Part shown: piece by piece, positions 14,481 to 26,495 of the stretch
Position numbering within the stretch: the stretch's first letter is position 1
How the letters are laid out: every line of letters starts with the position of its first letter
Origin: Octopus sinensis
Taxonomy: Eukaryota
Reading direction: 5' to 3'
Assembly: GCF_006345805.1 (NCBI RefSeq)
Contig: NC_043011.1
Location: 61,082,464 to 61,146,463 of the forward strand
DNA length: 64,000 nucleotides
Made by a program: the position numbers and the translations under genes
The notes under the pieces: generated by a model
Seen by the model: only the letters and a program-made list of their open reading frames with translations
The model's database searches: none
What the model was told of the DNA's origin: nothing

Positions 14481-14636
14481 TTCTATGTTGTGCCTCACCT
14501 TGAAATAAATAACAATGAACCCCCCCACCTCCCAGTGTTTGCAATCTGCTACATATTCGATTGCCTCTTTGCATTTGTTATTGCTGTTGTTGTTATCGTC
14601 GTCGATTTTTTTATTTTTGTTATTGTTATTATTACT

Positions 14637-14830
14637 AAGGCGCTGAGCTGGCAGAATCGTTATCGCACCGGGCAAAATGTTTACTGATATTTCCTCCGTC
14701 TTAACGTTCTGAGTTCAAATTCCGCCGTTTCGGGGTCGACCAAAGAAGTACCAGTGGAACACCGGAGTCGATGTAATCGACTAGATCCCTACCCTAAAAT
14801 TTCAAACCTTGTATCTATAGTAGAAAGGAT
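14637..14830 (+). mobile_element. SINE family 1 copy followed by (GTT)n
   Basis: AAGGCGCTGAGCTGGCAGAATCGTT...GAGTTCAAATTCCGCCG...GTAGAAAGGA, with a small internal deletion. Confidence 0.8.
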
Positions 14831-15789
14831 TGTTGTTGTTGTTGCTGTTGTTGTTGTTGCTGCTGCTCTTGTTGTTGTTGTTGTTGTTGTTGCTGTTGTT
14901 GTTGTTGTTGTTGTTGTTTCTGCTGCTGTTCTCGCGATGCTCTCTAGTCTTGATATACTGCGGCAGTCATGATGGGCGTCACTCTTAATTCTGGGGTCTT
15001 ATCAATACGCTCCACTTCAAATGCCAGCGCGGCGATGGAATAAGAACCAGTGATGCACTGCAATCAGCTGATTGGTTTGATTCTGGCTTCAGAAAGAGGA
15101 AAAGAATGAAGCAGAGTACAGGAAGTCAAGTGCGGGGCAATATCTACTCTACGTCTGCCTCAGGCACCATTAGTTATTTTTTGATTCTTGGATGAGCAGA
15201 TTTAGCAGATTGAGAATACATTAAAAAAAGACCCGAAGACGTGATAGGTAGGATAAACCCGAAAAATCTATTTTGTATTTTGTGACAAAAAAATTCATGA
15301 CCAACATACAGCACTTGTCAAGGAACTACTCAGCGTTGTTTCTAGTCTGATGACAGAAAGAGAAAAACATTGTCTGCTTCTAAATTCTGAAAGCGTAGGA
15401 AGAAAAGAAATTCATTTTTCTTAAATCCATATGTATTCCTGAATAAGATTATTCATCATCAGCAAAAGGTTATTCCAGCTTCCTGCAAGAAGCTCTCCTT
15501 ATCGCTGATGATAACTTCTGCTTGGTGTGTCTCAGGTTTTCTTTCCTGAAATAGCTTTTATTCAATACTGTATTTATGTCCGTATTACAGCAGATAAAGT
15601 AAAGAATTGATAAAGATGTTCACCATTACACATCTTAGTCACATCACATATAATCTTCTGCATTCACTATCACTTAAATCTCTTTTCTATTTCAATTTCT
15701 ATTTTCGGTTTCGGTTAGAGGCTGCAGTCGTGCTTTATCACCGCCATTAGCATTAAAACTTGCTTATTTTAGACTCATTCCTCAAATTT

Positions 15790-16142
15790 CTCTTCAGAAT
15801 CAGTCCTTGAGATGTAATGAGTTGGACAGAGCTTCTCTTCTTTCTGTTTCTTGCTGGAATGAGGGATCATCTGGTATATCATATCAAAATTTATCTACAT
15901 CTTCTTTGAACACACCAACATCTACACTCCTTGGATCACTGAGGTCTTTTAAGAGCGCCTTGAAAAGTTGTGGGCCTAAGTTGGACAGCGAATGCGGGAT
16001 CCTTTATACACTGCACTACTGTCCATTCAGGTGACTGGTACAGCATCCTATCCCAAAGTTGAGGGTTATAGCTTTCAGATCTTCCAAATATGCCACGGCA
16101 TATCTTTCATGTCTTCTCTTCAAGGAGTAGAGCCTCAACTAT
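15790..16142 (-). pseudogene. Degraded 3' ORF2 remnant of the same LINE group
   Basis: Minus strand reads LRLYSLKRRHERYAV and DVGVFKEDVDKF*YDIPDDP, paralleling LFSLERRRERYAV and DVGFFKTKLDLFLLGVPDEP of the 11385-12550 element. Confidence 0.7.
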
Positions 16143-16494
16143 GTTAGTTTACAACAGTGGTCAGTCTGTTGCACTGAGGCCATCTTCTTAGAGTAGTCGC
16201 GTTGGATTTCCCCGAGTTTTCTGTTGTTAATTTGACATTTTGTGGCGACCATAATTGGAAGCCTCTTACCCAGGGGACTGAACGCGGAGTATTCCTCATT
16301 CGAACAACATGGTTTCCCCCTCCCGTGTTCTGAATGATCTCATAATCCAACGAGTCAGTCACTTGGATAGTTTTGCGATCTTAGTAACATGGACAGGGAA
16401 TGATGCATCACTATACATGTAGATGCACCAGTCAGGCACCGACTCTGAATCTGGGGTTGCAATAACCTCATGATCATATCAAAAACACAACTCA

Positions 16495-16562
16495 CACAGT
16501 TCTCTACATTTACTGCCCATGCTTCACTACTATTCACCAGTATGCATCTTACGCACGCATGC
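16495..16562 (-). pseudogene. Possible tiny RTE-type LINE RT C-terminal remnant
   Basis: HACVRCILVNSSEAWAVNVE resembles the RTE motif ACVRSxMLYGSETWA. Very short. Confidence 0.35.
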
Positions 16563-17002
16563 TGGAAACGAAAATAGAAATCTGTCGGCATAAAAAAATA
16601 TAAATATCAACAGAAAATACAAGACAGCAGAAACTAAATATATAATGGGAAAATGAAAGAGATGAAGAATTGGGACTTTAAGAAATCTGACGTGCCACAG
16701 AAATAATTGGTGAAAGTTGATGAAAATTTTGCTGCACAAAATACAAGAAGTGAAAACAATACCAACCGACTACAACGTGTGCATTTTAATGAAGACGTCA
16801 CGACACGAAGACTAACCAATGTAGTGGCACAATGTCGAAGAATTGTGTGCAAAGCACGGAAAAGTCTGAGACGTACTTTAATGGAGCATACGTTTAGACA
16901 TACATTTAGTGGAGATAGTCTTCGCGTTGGTGGCGTGTACGGGGACTAAAACCGAAACAACGTTTGATGAGTGCATCCCTTTTTAACAACCCACCCACGA
17001 GC

Positions 17003-17092
<90 letters not shown>

Positions 17093-17198
17093 GTGTATAT
17101 ATATATAATATAATATATACATTCAAAATGTGACCGCGTGTGTACCGTTGGCGATTTTTTCCTCCGTCTTCTCTTCTTTGAATCTTTCCTTTTCCTAT

Positions 17199-17233
17199 GT
17201 TTCTGACGAAGAGCTCCACTCGAAACGTTAAAT
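17199..17233 (+). ncRNA. Minimal type I hammerhead ribozyme motif (family I)
   Basis: GTTT-CTGACGA-A-GAG CTCCA CTC-GAAAC-GTT-AAAT: intact core, short stems I and II, palindromic AACGTT stem III. Confidence 0.65.
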
Positions 17234-17504
17234 CCTCCTCTTTCTTTCTTTCCTTTCCCGAGTGTCCATACCACCATACTTATTCCACGTCCTCGCGTTC
17301 TTGTATGAATGTATGTACGTATGTACATGTGGGTGTATGTGTGTGTATGTGTGTGTGTGTTAGATATACATTGTAAGCTCGCCCACACTTTGCTTGGCTA
17401 GAGTAATAATTGAAATCTTGATGATGGTAATGCTGATGATAATACTGATGATACTACTACTGCTACTACTACTGCTACTACTACTGCTACTACTACTGCT
17501 TCTT

Positions 17505-17564
<60 letters not shown>

Positions 17565-17888
17565 GAATAATGAAACAAAGAGTTCCTAAAAGTTATCTGC
17601 GCATGAAGAAAAAAATTCAGAGACACATTATAAAAAATAACGTAGATAATAATTTGTAACTGCCAAAATCAGGAGATGTGAATTATTTTGTCTAGCCATA
17701 GAATATATTTGATAGTTTTTGATATTTGACAATGTTTATAGAATATCCTAGGGCTGATAACAGGAATCAGAACACAACGAATGTGATATCAATAAAGTGA
17801 GAGAAGAGAAGACACTATAAAACCACGATAACAATGTTATATATGATAATATGAAAAGACTCGTTGAATCAGTATCAGCATAAAATAA

Positions 17889-17919
<31 letters not shown>

Positions 17920-17934
17920 ATATAATATATATAT

Positions 17935-17971
<37 letters not shown>

Positions 17972-17997
17972 TGTATATATATATATATAGTATATAT

Positions 17998-18046
<49 letters not shown>

Positions 18047-18155
18047 GTGTATATATATATATATATTATATATATACATTCAAAATGTGACCGCGTGTGT
18101 ACCGTTGGCGATTTTTTCCTCCGTCTTCTCTTCTTTGAATCTTTCCTTTTCCTAT

Positions 18156-18190
18156 GTTTCTGACGAAGAGCTCCACTCGAAACGTTAAAT
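18156..18190 (+). ncRNA. Minimal type I hammerhead ribozyme motif (duplicate of 17199-17233)
   Basis: Identical sequence in the second unit of the tandem duplication. Confidence 0.65.
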
Positions 18191-18477
18191 CCTCCTTCTT
18201 TCTTTCTTTCCTTTCCCGAGTGTCCAATACCACCATACTTATTCCACGTCCTCACGTTCTTGTATGAATGTATGTACGTATGTACATGTGGGTGTATGTG
18301 TGTGTATGTGCGTGTGTGTGTGTGTGTGTGTGTTAGATATACATTGTAAGCTCGCCCACACTTTGCTTGGCTAGAGTAATAATTGAAATCTTGATGATGG
18401 TAATGCTGATGATAATACTGATGATACTACTACTGCTACTACTACTGCTACTACTACTGCTACTACTACTGCTTCTT

Positions 18478-18525
<48 letters not shown>

Positions 18526-18847
18526 GAATAATGAAACAAAGAGTTCCTAAAAGTTATCTGCGCATGAAGAAAAAAATTCAGAGACACATTATAAAAAATA
18601 ACGTAGATAATAATTTGTAACTGCCAAAATCAGGAGATGTGAATTATTTTGTCTAGCCATAGAATATATTTGATAGTTTTTGATATTTGACAATGTTATA
18701 GAATATCCTAGGGCTGATAACAGGAATCAGAACACAACGAATGTGATATCAATAAAGTGAGAGAAGAGAAGACACTATAAAACCACGATAACAATGTTAT
18801 ATATGATAATATGAAAAGACTCGTTGAATCAGTATCAGCATAAAATA

Positions 18848-19008
<161 letters not shown>

Positions 19009-19542
19009 ATATATATATACATACTTATAGGTTTTGTGCAAATTGTAGTAGTATCAAACACACCCATACCTATATTATACACGTACACATGTACAAATAT
19101 ATACACATGTATGCAAGCACACATATACATTCATATATTATACTACATTTATAGCTAGGCATACACATACAGTGAGGACTCATGTATACACACATAATTT
19201 TAGAGTTGATAACCACTGATAGGTTTCTGTAGGAATATAACAGTATAGAGAAATTTACATAGACGCTTATGCTCACACACATAGATAAGCACATACACAT
19301 ACTTAATCACACGCTCGCACACGTACACATACACATAGAGAAATGTAGAGAGACATTTTTGTGTATGTCTACAGAATACATGCGCAGGTGTGGCTGTGTG
19401 GTAAGAAGTTTGATTTCCGACCACATGGTTCGGAGACCAGTCCCACTGCGTTGCACCTTGGGCATGTGTCTTTTACTATAGCCTCGAGCCAACAAAAGCC
19501 TTGTAAGTAGATTTGGTAGACGGAAATTGAAAGAAGCCCGTC

Positions 19543-19620
<78 letters not shown>

Positions 19621-19622
<2 letters not shown>

Positions 19623-20166
19623 TTTAACAATTAAGGATAACCTCTTAATAAGGAATCTTAACAAGAAATTATCAGGTAGTTAGCGTGAAAAACCTCATAA
19701 AAGTAAAGAATTCGAAAATAATGTTTTCCTTTTGAACAAATTAATCATATCTATATTGTATAGAGGGCATTATTACACATAAATGCCTCACACTAAGAGG
19801 GACAAAGTCATTACTACCAAAATTACACTAATCATACCTAAATGCAGTTCTTCAAAGCAAGACATATAAAAAATGAATTTAGTTCTGTATCACCGTGATT
19901 TCACATTTAACTTACGTCTATGATCATCAGCAGAACTGATTCTGAACACATCATAAATAAACCACCAACCTTACCTAGCGAAGACGAATAGACATCTATT
20001 CACTCCGGCCAAGCACATGGAATGTTTATAAATCATATATCCGGTAAATGGCGGGCTTTTTCGAACTGCATGTCGGATAAGAAAAGTATTTCGGAATAAG
20101 TTTAACAATGACTTTGTCCCTCTTAGTGTGAGGCATTTATGTGTAATAATGCCCTCTATACAATAT
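19621..20166 (-). mobile_element. Hammerhead-containing non-coding element family A (retrozyme-like): ~478-nt unit plus a 60-bp inverted arm
   Basis: AGTTTAACAAT at both 19621 and 20099. 20107-20166 is the reverse complement of 19753-19812. Second copy at 47077-47520. Flanked by (TA)n. Confidence 0.8.
19881..19937 (-). ncRNA. Type I hammerhead ribozyme
   Basis: Minus strand: AGTTCTG-CTGATGA-TCATAGAC GTAA GTTAAATGT-GAAA-TCAC G GTGA-TA-CAGAACT. 7-bp stem I, intact core, near-palindromic stem III, AUA cleavage triplet. Confidence 0.85.
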
Positions 20167-20189
20167 TAATATATATATATGTATATGAA

Positions 20190-20423
20190 ATTAAAATCAA
20201 AATGAGGGTGAAAAATTGGATATTAATTTGAGAACATCAATTTTAAACCAGTGGTCTAACAAAAAAAACTGAGATTCAGTAAATAGTATTTCATACATAA
20301 ATATAAGAGGGAATTTTTTAACCACTATGGGCTAAATTTTCTGGAGAACAATTCTTAGTGGTTGAGACCATAGCAGACCTTCTTCTAGCATAAGGGTTTC
20401 CACACAGTCGTTAAAACATTCCC

Positions 20424-20430
<7 letters not shown>
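20190..20430 (+). mobile_element. Short repeat family H fragment between (TA)n tracts
   Basis: TTTTCTGGAGAACAATTCT...TTCTAGCATAAGGGTTTCCACACAGT resembles the reverse complement of 33362-33455. Confidence 0.45.
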
Positions 20431-20469
<39 letters not shown>

Positions 20470-20889
20470 AGAGAGAGAGAGAGAGAGAGAGAGAGCATAT
20501 ATCAACGAGTGTGTGTCTAACTCCTCACCTCGTGACAACTGCTGTTGGTGTTTAGATTCCTCTGTAACTTAGCTGCTCGGCAAAAGGAACCGATAGAATA
20601 AGTACCAGGCTTATTTGAATGAAATTATTCAAGGCAGTGTTAGAGCATGGCCGCTGTCTAATGACAAAATCCAGTAAAAGCCAAAAGGTTACTGATATCA
20701 TTTGTCCATAATATATGCATGTATGTACGTGCTTCTGTTCGCACGCATATGCACATATGTATGTAAAGCCGGGGCTTTGCAGTTCATAAGGTATTTAGGC
20801 CATTGGGAATAAAGAATGGTGTCCATGTGCCCCAACAAAATGTATTATGCTAGACTCGTCGCTTACAACATCCATCCGGCCATCCACAC

Positions 20890-20892
20890 ATC

Positions 20893-20981
<89 letters not shown>

Positions 20982-21127
20982 GTCTGTCTGTCTGTCTGCC
21001 TGCCTGTCTATCTATCTATCTATCTATCAGTCTGTCTGTCTGTCTATGTGTCTACCTGTCTGTTTGTTTATATGTTTGTCTGTCTGTCAATCTATCTGTC
21101 TGCCTCTGTCTGTTTGTCTCTGTCTCC

Positions 21128-21159
<32 letters not shown>

Positions 21160-21286
21160 CTCTCTCTCTCCTCTCTCTCGCTCTCTCTCTATATATATAT
21201 CTCACTTTCTGTCTGTATGTCTGTTTGTCTGTCAATCTATCTGTCTGTCTCTATCTATCTACTATCTATCTATCTATCTATCTATC

Positions 21287-21322
<36 letters not shown>

Positions 21323-21470
21323 GTCTGTCTGTCTGTCTGCCTCTGCCTGTCTATCTATCTATCTATCTATCAGTCTGTCTGTCTGTCTATGTGTCTACCT
21401 GTCTGTTTGTTTATATGTTTGTCTGTCTGTCAATCTATCTGTCTGCCTCTGTCTGTTTGTCTCTGTCTCC

Positions 21471-21502
<32 letters not shown>

Positions 21503-21591
21503 CTCTCTCTCTCTCTCTCTCGCTCTCTCTCTATATATATATCTCACTTTCTGTCTGTATGTCTGTTTGTCTGTCAATCTATCTGTCTGTC

Positions 21592-21666
<75 letters not shown>

Positions 21667-21667
21667 G
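20890..21667. repeat. (TATC)n/(TGTC)n microsatellite mosaic with a ~330-bp higher-order duplication
   Basis: The block CAGTCTGTCTG...CTCACTTTCTGTCTGTATG...CTCTATC occurs at ~21028-21260 and ~21371-21600. Confidence 0.85.
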
Positions 21668-22302
21668 ACTATCCATCCAGCAATCCGTCTCTCTTTCTCC
21701 CCCTTCCCATCTCTCTACTTCCTTCAAAGTTTTCACAAATTCTTTTTATTGCTATGAGTTGCCGCGCCTCCAGCTAAATTTTGGCACAGATCTTGCGCTT
21801 CGGCCAATCCCCTGATAGCATCTGCAATATTCCCCGATATTCTTACAGGTAAACAACGGAAAACATCTAATATCTCTAATGATTCAAATTTACGCATCAA
21901 ACCTTTTCTCTTCCTTTCACATTAGAAGCCATTGGTGATATATTTCATATATTCTTATATACTACATTAGATTATGATAGAATACATTTTGACAATTGCA
22001 TTGTGACAGAAGATTGTTACGATAGGATATATATTGACAATTTCACTGTCACAAAAGATGATAATAACAAATGACTGCATAGTTGTATAAACGGAAGGAG
22101 AGGTGTAAACGCACGCACGCACTCATAGTCATGCGTGTTTGAGGTGGGAACGTGTAATTAAGCGCGTGACTGTTTGCGTATATGAATGTAGGTGTGCATA
22201 TATGTGTGTGGGTATGAATCTTTCCCATCTCTCTCTCTTACACACACAGACATATGCATATACATAATAAATAAATAAAAAACATATATATATATAATAT
22301 AT

Positions 22303-22678
22303 AATCAGATTTAGGATTGAATCCAATTTTATAGTAAAATATTATATTATATTAAATTAGAGATAAAACCACTATTAGGCAAATCATACAATGAAAAACT
22401 CAAGCCAATACATAAGATTAATTAATTTATATTATTTTAAATATATATCAATCGTAGTGTTATACTAATTATCTTTTTTTTAATAATTTTGATATATATT
22501 TAAAATAATATAAATTAATTAATCTTATGTATTGGCTTGAGTTTTTCATTGTTTGATTTGCCTAATAGTGGTTTTATCTCTAATTTAATATAATATAATA
22601 TTTTACTATAAAATTGGATTCAATCCTAAATCTGATTTTCCCCTGTAAGTTTGGATTTATTCCCTAATATTTTATTAT
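22303..22678. mobile_element. Fold-back insertion of a Penelope-like element terminus in (TA)n
   Basis: Arms 22303-22451 and 22489-22637 are near-perfect inverted repeats. The sequence is similar to the PLE terminus at 58735-58882 (TTTTACTATAAAATTGGATT.AATCCTAAATCTGATTTT..CCCTGTAA.TTTGGAT.TATTCCCTAATATT). Confidence 0.85.
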
Positions 22679-22729
22679 AATATATATATATATATATATA
22701 TACATATGTAAGAATTTGACATATATATG

Positions 22730-22925
22730 TATAGTTGGAATTTATAGAAAGACGAAAGACGAAGATAGGTGTATGAACAACAAGCAAGTATTTAGTTTGA
22801 CGCTCGGGAAAATGAAAAATGTTTTTTACATTTCGAGCCTAAGCTCTTCAGCAGAACAGAATAAGAGAAAATAAACAGAGAGAGAATGAAAAAAACTTGT
22901 AGATTTCAGCGCTCCTGCATGGCGA
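22730..22925 (-). mobile_element. Short repeat related to family I with a decayed hammerhead-like core
   Basis: Minus strand CTGCTGAAGAGCTTAGGCTCGAAATGTAAAA. Similar copies at 31065-31300 and 47570-47715. Confidence 0.55.
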
Positions 22926-23289
22926 AATGTATGTATGTATGTATGTATGTATGTATGTATGTATGTATGTATGTATGTGTATGTATGTATGTATGTATGT
23001 GTGTATGTATGTATGTATGATGTATGTATGTATGTATGTATGTATGTATGTATGTATGTATCCGTCTGTCTATCTGCCTGCCTGTCTGTCTGTCTATATA
23101 AGCACACACTCATATAATGAAATGAAGCTTTGCAGCCAGTTGTCATATTTAAGTATATATATGTTTGTCTGTTGCCTTCTTTTAAGGGATTTAGGCAGAG
23201 GCTGCAGCCACGAAGGAACACCGCTTAAAATTCTACTAAATCTTGACAGGAAGCCAATAATTTTAGGGGGAAGCTTTACTTGATAATGT

Positions 23290-23415
23290 TGACCCCATTA
23301 CTTGTCTGATATTTTATCGACCGGTAAAGATTAGATGGCGAAGCTGACTTCAGTCGAATTCAAACTCAGAATACAAAGAACCATAAGAAATGCTACTAAG
23401 CATTTTGTCCTTCGC
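23290..23415 (-). mobile_element. Old SINE family 1 copy
   Basis: TTTTATCGACC...GGCGAAGCTGACTTCAGTCGAATTCAAACTCAGAA...CTAAGCATTTTGTCC. Confidence 0.55.
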
Positions 23416-23699
23416 ATCGGCGTGTCCCGCCATCCCATACGAAACTAGATATGTAAAGAGGAGAGAAAACGTTTAATACATTAGGGAGCAAAAAAATGTG
23501 TCTGTATTTCGACTCAACTTCACGTTTAAAACTTCGTAGAGATCGATAAAAGTATAGCTCTTCACATGAATACACTCACCGTGACACAAATATAAATGGT
23601 TTCTTAATGAAAATATTCTGGGGACCTCCATTGGTCACTTCATTTACGTGAATAATTTGGTTAAGCAACGTCTGCAAGTAATCTTATGTCCATAAACTC

Positions 23700-24470
23700 A
23701 CAATTAGTTACATCTGCCAAGATAATATCGATTCTACCATCACTTTCACCCCAGAATGATAAAAATGTGCACCAACATGCACTCCACTCCATATCCATAC
23801 CTGTAGCCTTGAAATGTCATGAACCATGAAATCTGCACTGGAAGAAGCTCGTTGGTATCGTGAAATTATGTGTGGGCCTGACGGCCAATACTTTGGTGTC
23901 AAGCTTCACGCAATATATGCTGTCGTCACACGCACCTGTCTAGAAAAGCATATCTTTCCCTCTTACTTCATCTGGGAATTCTGAGACTAAAGAGACATCT
24001 TCACCAACATAACATGTAGTGTCGTTTCTCATCTGGAGATCGTAATTGCTAAATATGTTTCTGTCAGAAACCGTATACATTGCAACATCCAACAGCTTAC
24101 TGCTGCCATCATAGTAACACTCTGTTGATGAACTTAAACCACTGACCACTGGTGCTCTGGAAGTAATACGCTATCGCCAGCTAGCCTATACGCGATTGTG
24201 CAGTGAAGAACATCTGCCTTTCCACATAAGAACGTTTGTAGTTGGGTATTACTAAAAGGAAGCCGGTCTGACCTACCATTGGTAAAACCCAGCAACGAAT
24301 ATATCTAAAACATTGCGTCCCACAAAAAAATCCAGTTGTTAGTGAGCTTTCCAAAGAGAACATCAACCACGCAATTGCCGCCGATTTCGAGTTGTCTGCG
24401 AAGGCCGTTTGGCACCAATCATTTCGTAAACCATAAAAAATTGTTTCCTTTCAGCAAAGTTTTTTCTACC
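23700..24470 (+). pseudogene. Possible highly decayed piggyBac-like transposase remnant
   Basis: Fragments TGRSSL (~23837) and GQYFGVKLHAI (~23883) in the order expected for piggyBac GRSSL...KYGxKxW motifs. No continuous ORF. Confidence 0.3.
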
Positions 24471-25069
24471 GTTTCTTCTACGTTGAACGATTCTTTCGTT
24501 GGCTAATTCTAATTTAGCAATATAACAAATATTTATTTTCTTCTTGCATTTATTCTCTTATTTTGCTGAAAACTCAATAAACATTTGGAAATCAAATTAT
24601 AATATTTTTGCGGCATTTCTCCTCGTATAATTTAACATATACAGCAGAAGAATGCAATGCTGTTCTTGTCTGCACAAATGAGCATAGCTGCAGTTGTCAA
24701 GAAGTCTAGAAGATACAGAAAGCTGCAGTTGAAATGTGCAGCGAACTATTTCAATGTATATGACGTATTAAATGCTGTAAACAACGTTAATAAATCAATA
24801 ATTTAATGATTGCATTCAGGTGTAATGTATTGTGCTTGAAGCAATTTAAAGATTCTGTAGCCATTAACGTTGTTGCGCATAAAAAGACACACACACACAC
24901 ACACACTCATTACTTTGTTCTTTCTCAACGATTGTCATACTACCGAACAAGTAAGGGGTAGCAAAGAGATTCTAATATGTTGATTAAATATACGTAATTC
25001 TGCTGATAAACTAATTGTCGAACGGTTAATTCGTTATATACGTACATACATATATGCATGCATACATAC

Positions 25070-25100
<31 letters not shown>

Positions 25101-25342
25101 CATACATACATACATACATACACACATACATACGTACATACATACATACATACATACACACATACATACATACATACATACATACATAAATACATACATA
25201 CATACATACATACATACAAACATATATATGTGCGTGTGTATGAGTATATATATATATAAATATATATTCACACACATGCATAAATATGTATATACATATG
25301 GATATATATATGTGTGCATATGTATATATGTATGTGTGTGTA

Positions 25343-25381
<39 letters not shown>

Positions 25382-25734
25382 TATATATATGTGTGTGTGT
25401 GAGTGTGTGTTTGTGCGTGCGTGTGTGTGTTTTATAAAACAATTTTACTTTTAGCTGAAGTTAACTCTAGTGCCCTTGGTTAAAGATCTTTAGTGTTTAA
25501 TTACTGGTTTTCAGGATTTTTTTACGGTGAGAATAGCAAATGTGAGTAACTCCTTCGCACCGGAACCGGGACCTCATTTTCAGAGCACTAGTTTATTGAG
25601 TTCCTCAGAAAATTTTACGAATTAATCGATGTGAGTTGGTGAAATGAGGAAAGGCATGCGCACAAAATCACGCATAATCACGCACAGACATAGAAACACC
25701 TCTCCACGTATCTATATATTCGCGCTTTCACACT

Positions 25735-25774
<40 letters not shown>

Positions 25775-26164
25775 TGTGTGTGTGTGTGTCTGTATGTGTG
25801 TAAATCACAACACGTGGACGTGCGTGGTTTAGTGCTGAAGGCCAAGGTGGCCCCGGACAAGCTGAACTTGGGCGTGTTACAAGCTGACGGTTGTGGAAAT
25901 TTCCTTTTCTTTGTCACGCCCTCTTTGGTATCCCCAAGCACATGGCATCCTAGGTGACTGTCGAAGTTGCCGGTACCTCGACACGGCATTAGGCTCACGC
26001 CCACAAACTTGTGGGTCCGCTATTTTTCAGAGAGTGTCTGTAGTTACTCCCAATAAGGAGAGTATCGTGTACAAAGTGAAGAGTCTCGGTCGACCGATAA
26101 GCCACAGATTTAAAGTTCTATTCTTTTCAAATATACGTTTTCTTTGATTATGGTTCAATGTTAC

Positions 26165-26495
26165 ATTTTTTTTGGATTTGGTTTGCAAGATTCTTTATTT
26201 GGGTTCGTGTGTTGAAGTATATTCTGTTGCGTCTGGCGAGAGTCATTTTCTTTTTGTGCCTTATGATTCTCACCGGTAAAATTTCCACTTATTTCTTATT
26301 TTTATTTTCCTAAAATTTTCGGTGCGTCTTGCAACCTTTTCAATAGTCTTGAGTCAAGACTATTGAAAAGGTTGCAAGACGCACCAAAAATTTTAGGAAA
26401 ATAAAAATAAGAAATAAGTGGAAATTTTACCGGTGAGTGTGTTATATTATAAGGCCCAAAAAGAAAATGACTCTCCCCAGACAGGACAGAATGCT
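26165..26495. repeat. Large palindrome (fold-back element family D) centred at 26353
   Basis: 84-bp arms 26269-26352 and 26354-26437 with one mismatch and a 1-nt spacer, extending imperfectly to ~26221/26492. Related single-arm copies at ~5430-5555 and ~36290-36420. Confidence 0.9.

Larger units (their letters stand above)
19380..20685 (+). mobile_element. SINE family 2 (CORE-like) split at its internal (TA)n by nested insertions
   Basis: 5' half 19380-19545 (GTGGCTGTGTGGTAAG...CACCTTGGGCA...GAAAGAAGCCCGTCG) and 3' half 20510-20685 (GACAAC...ACCGATAGAATAAGTAC...GCATGGCCGC). Compare with the uninterrupted copy at 40637-40990. Confidence 0.75.

Noticed and set aside
16707-16949. 80-aa non-repetitive ORF
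   Set aside because: Non-ATG start, no recognisable motif, no clear splice signals.
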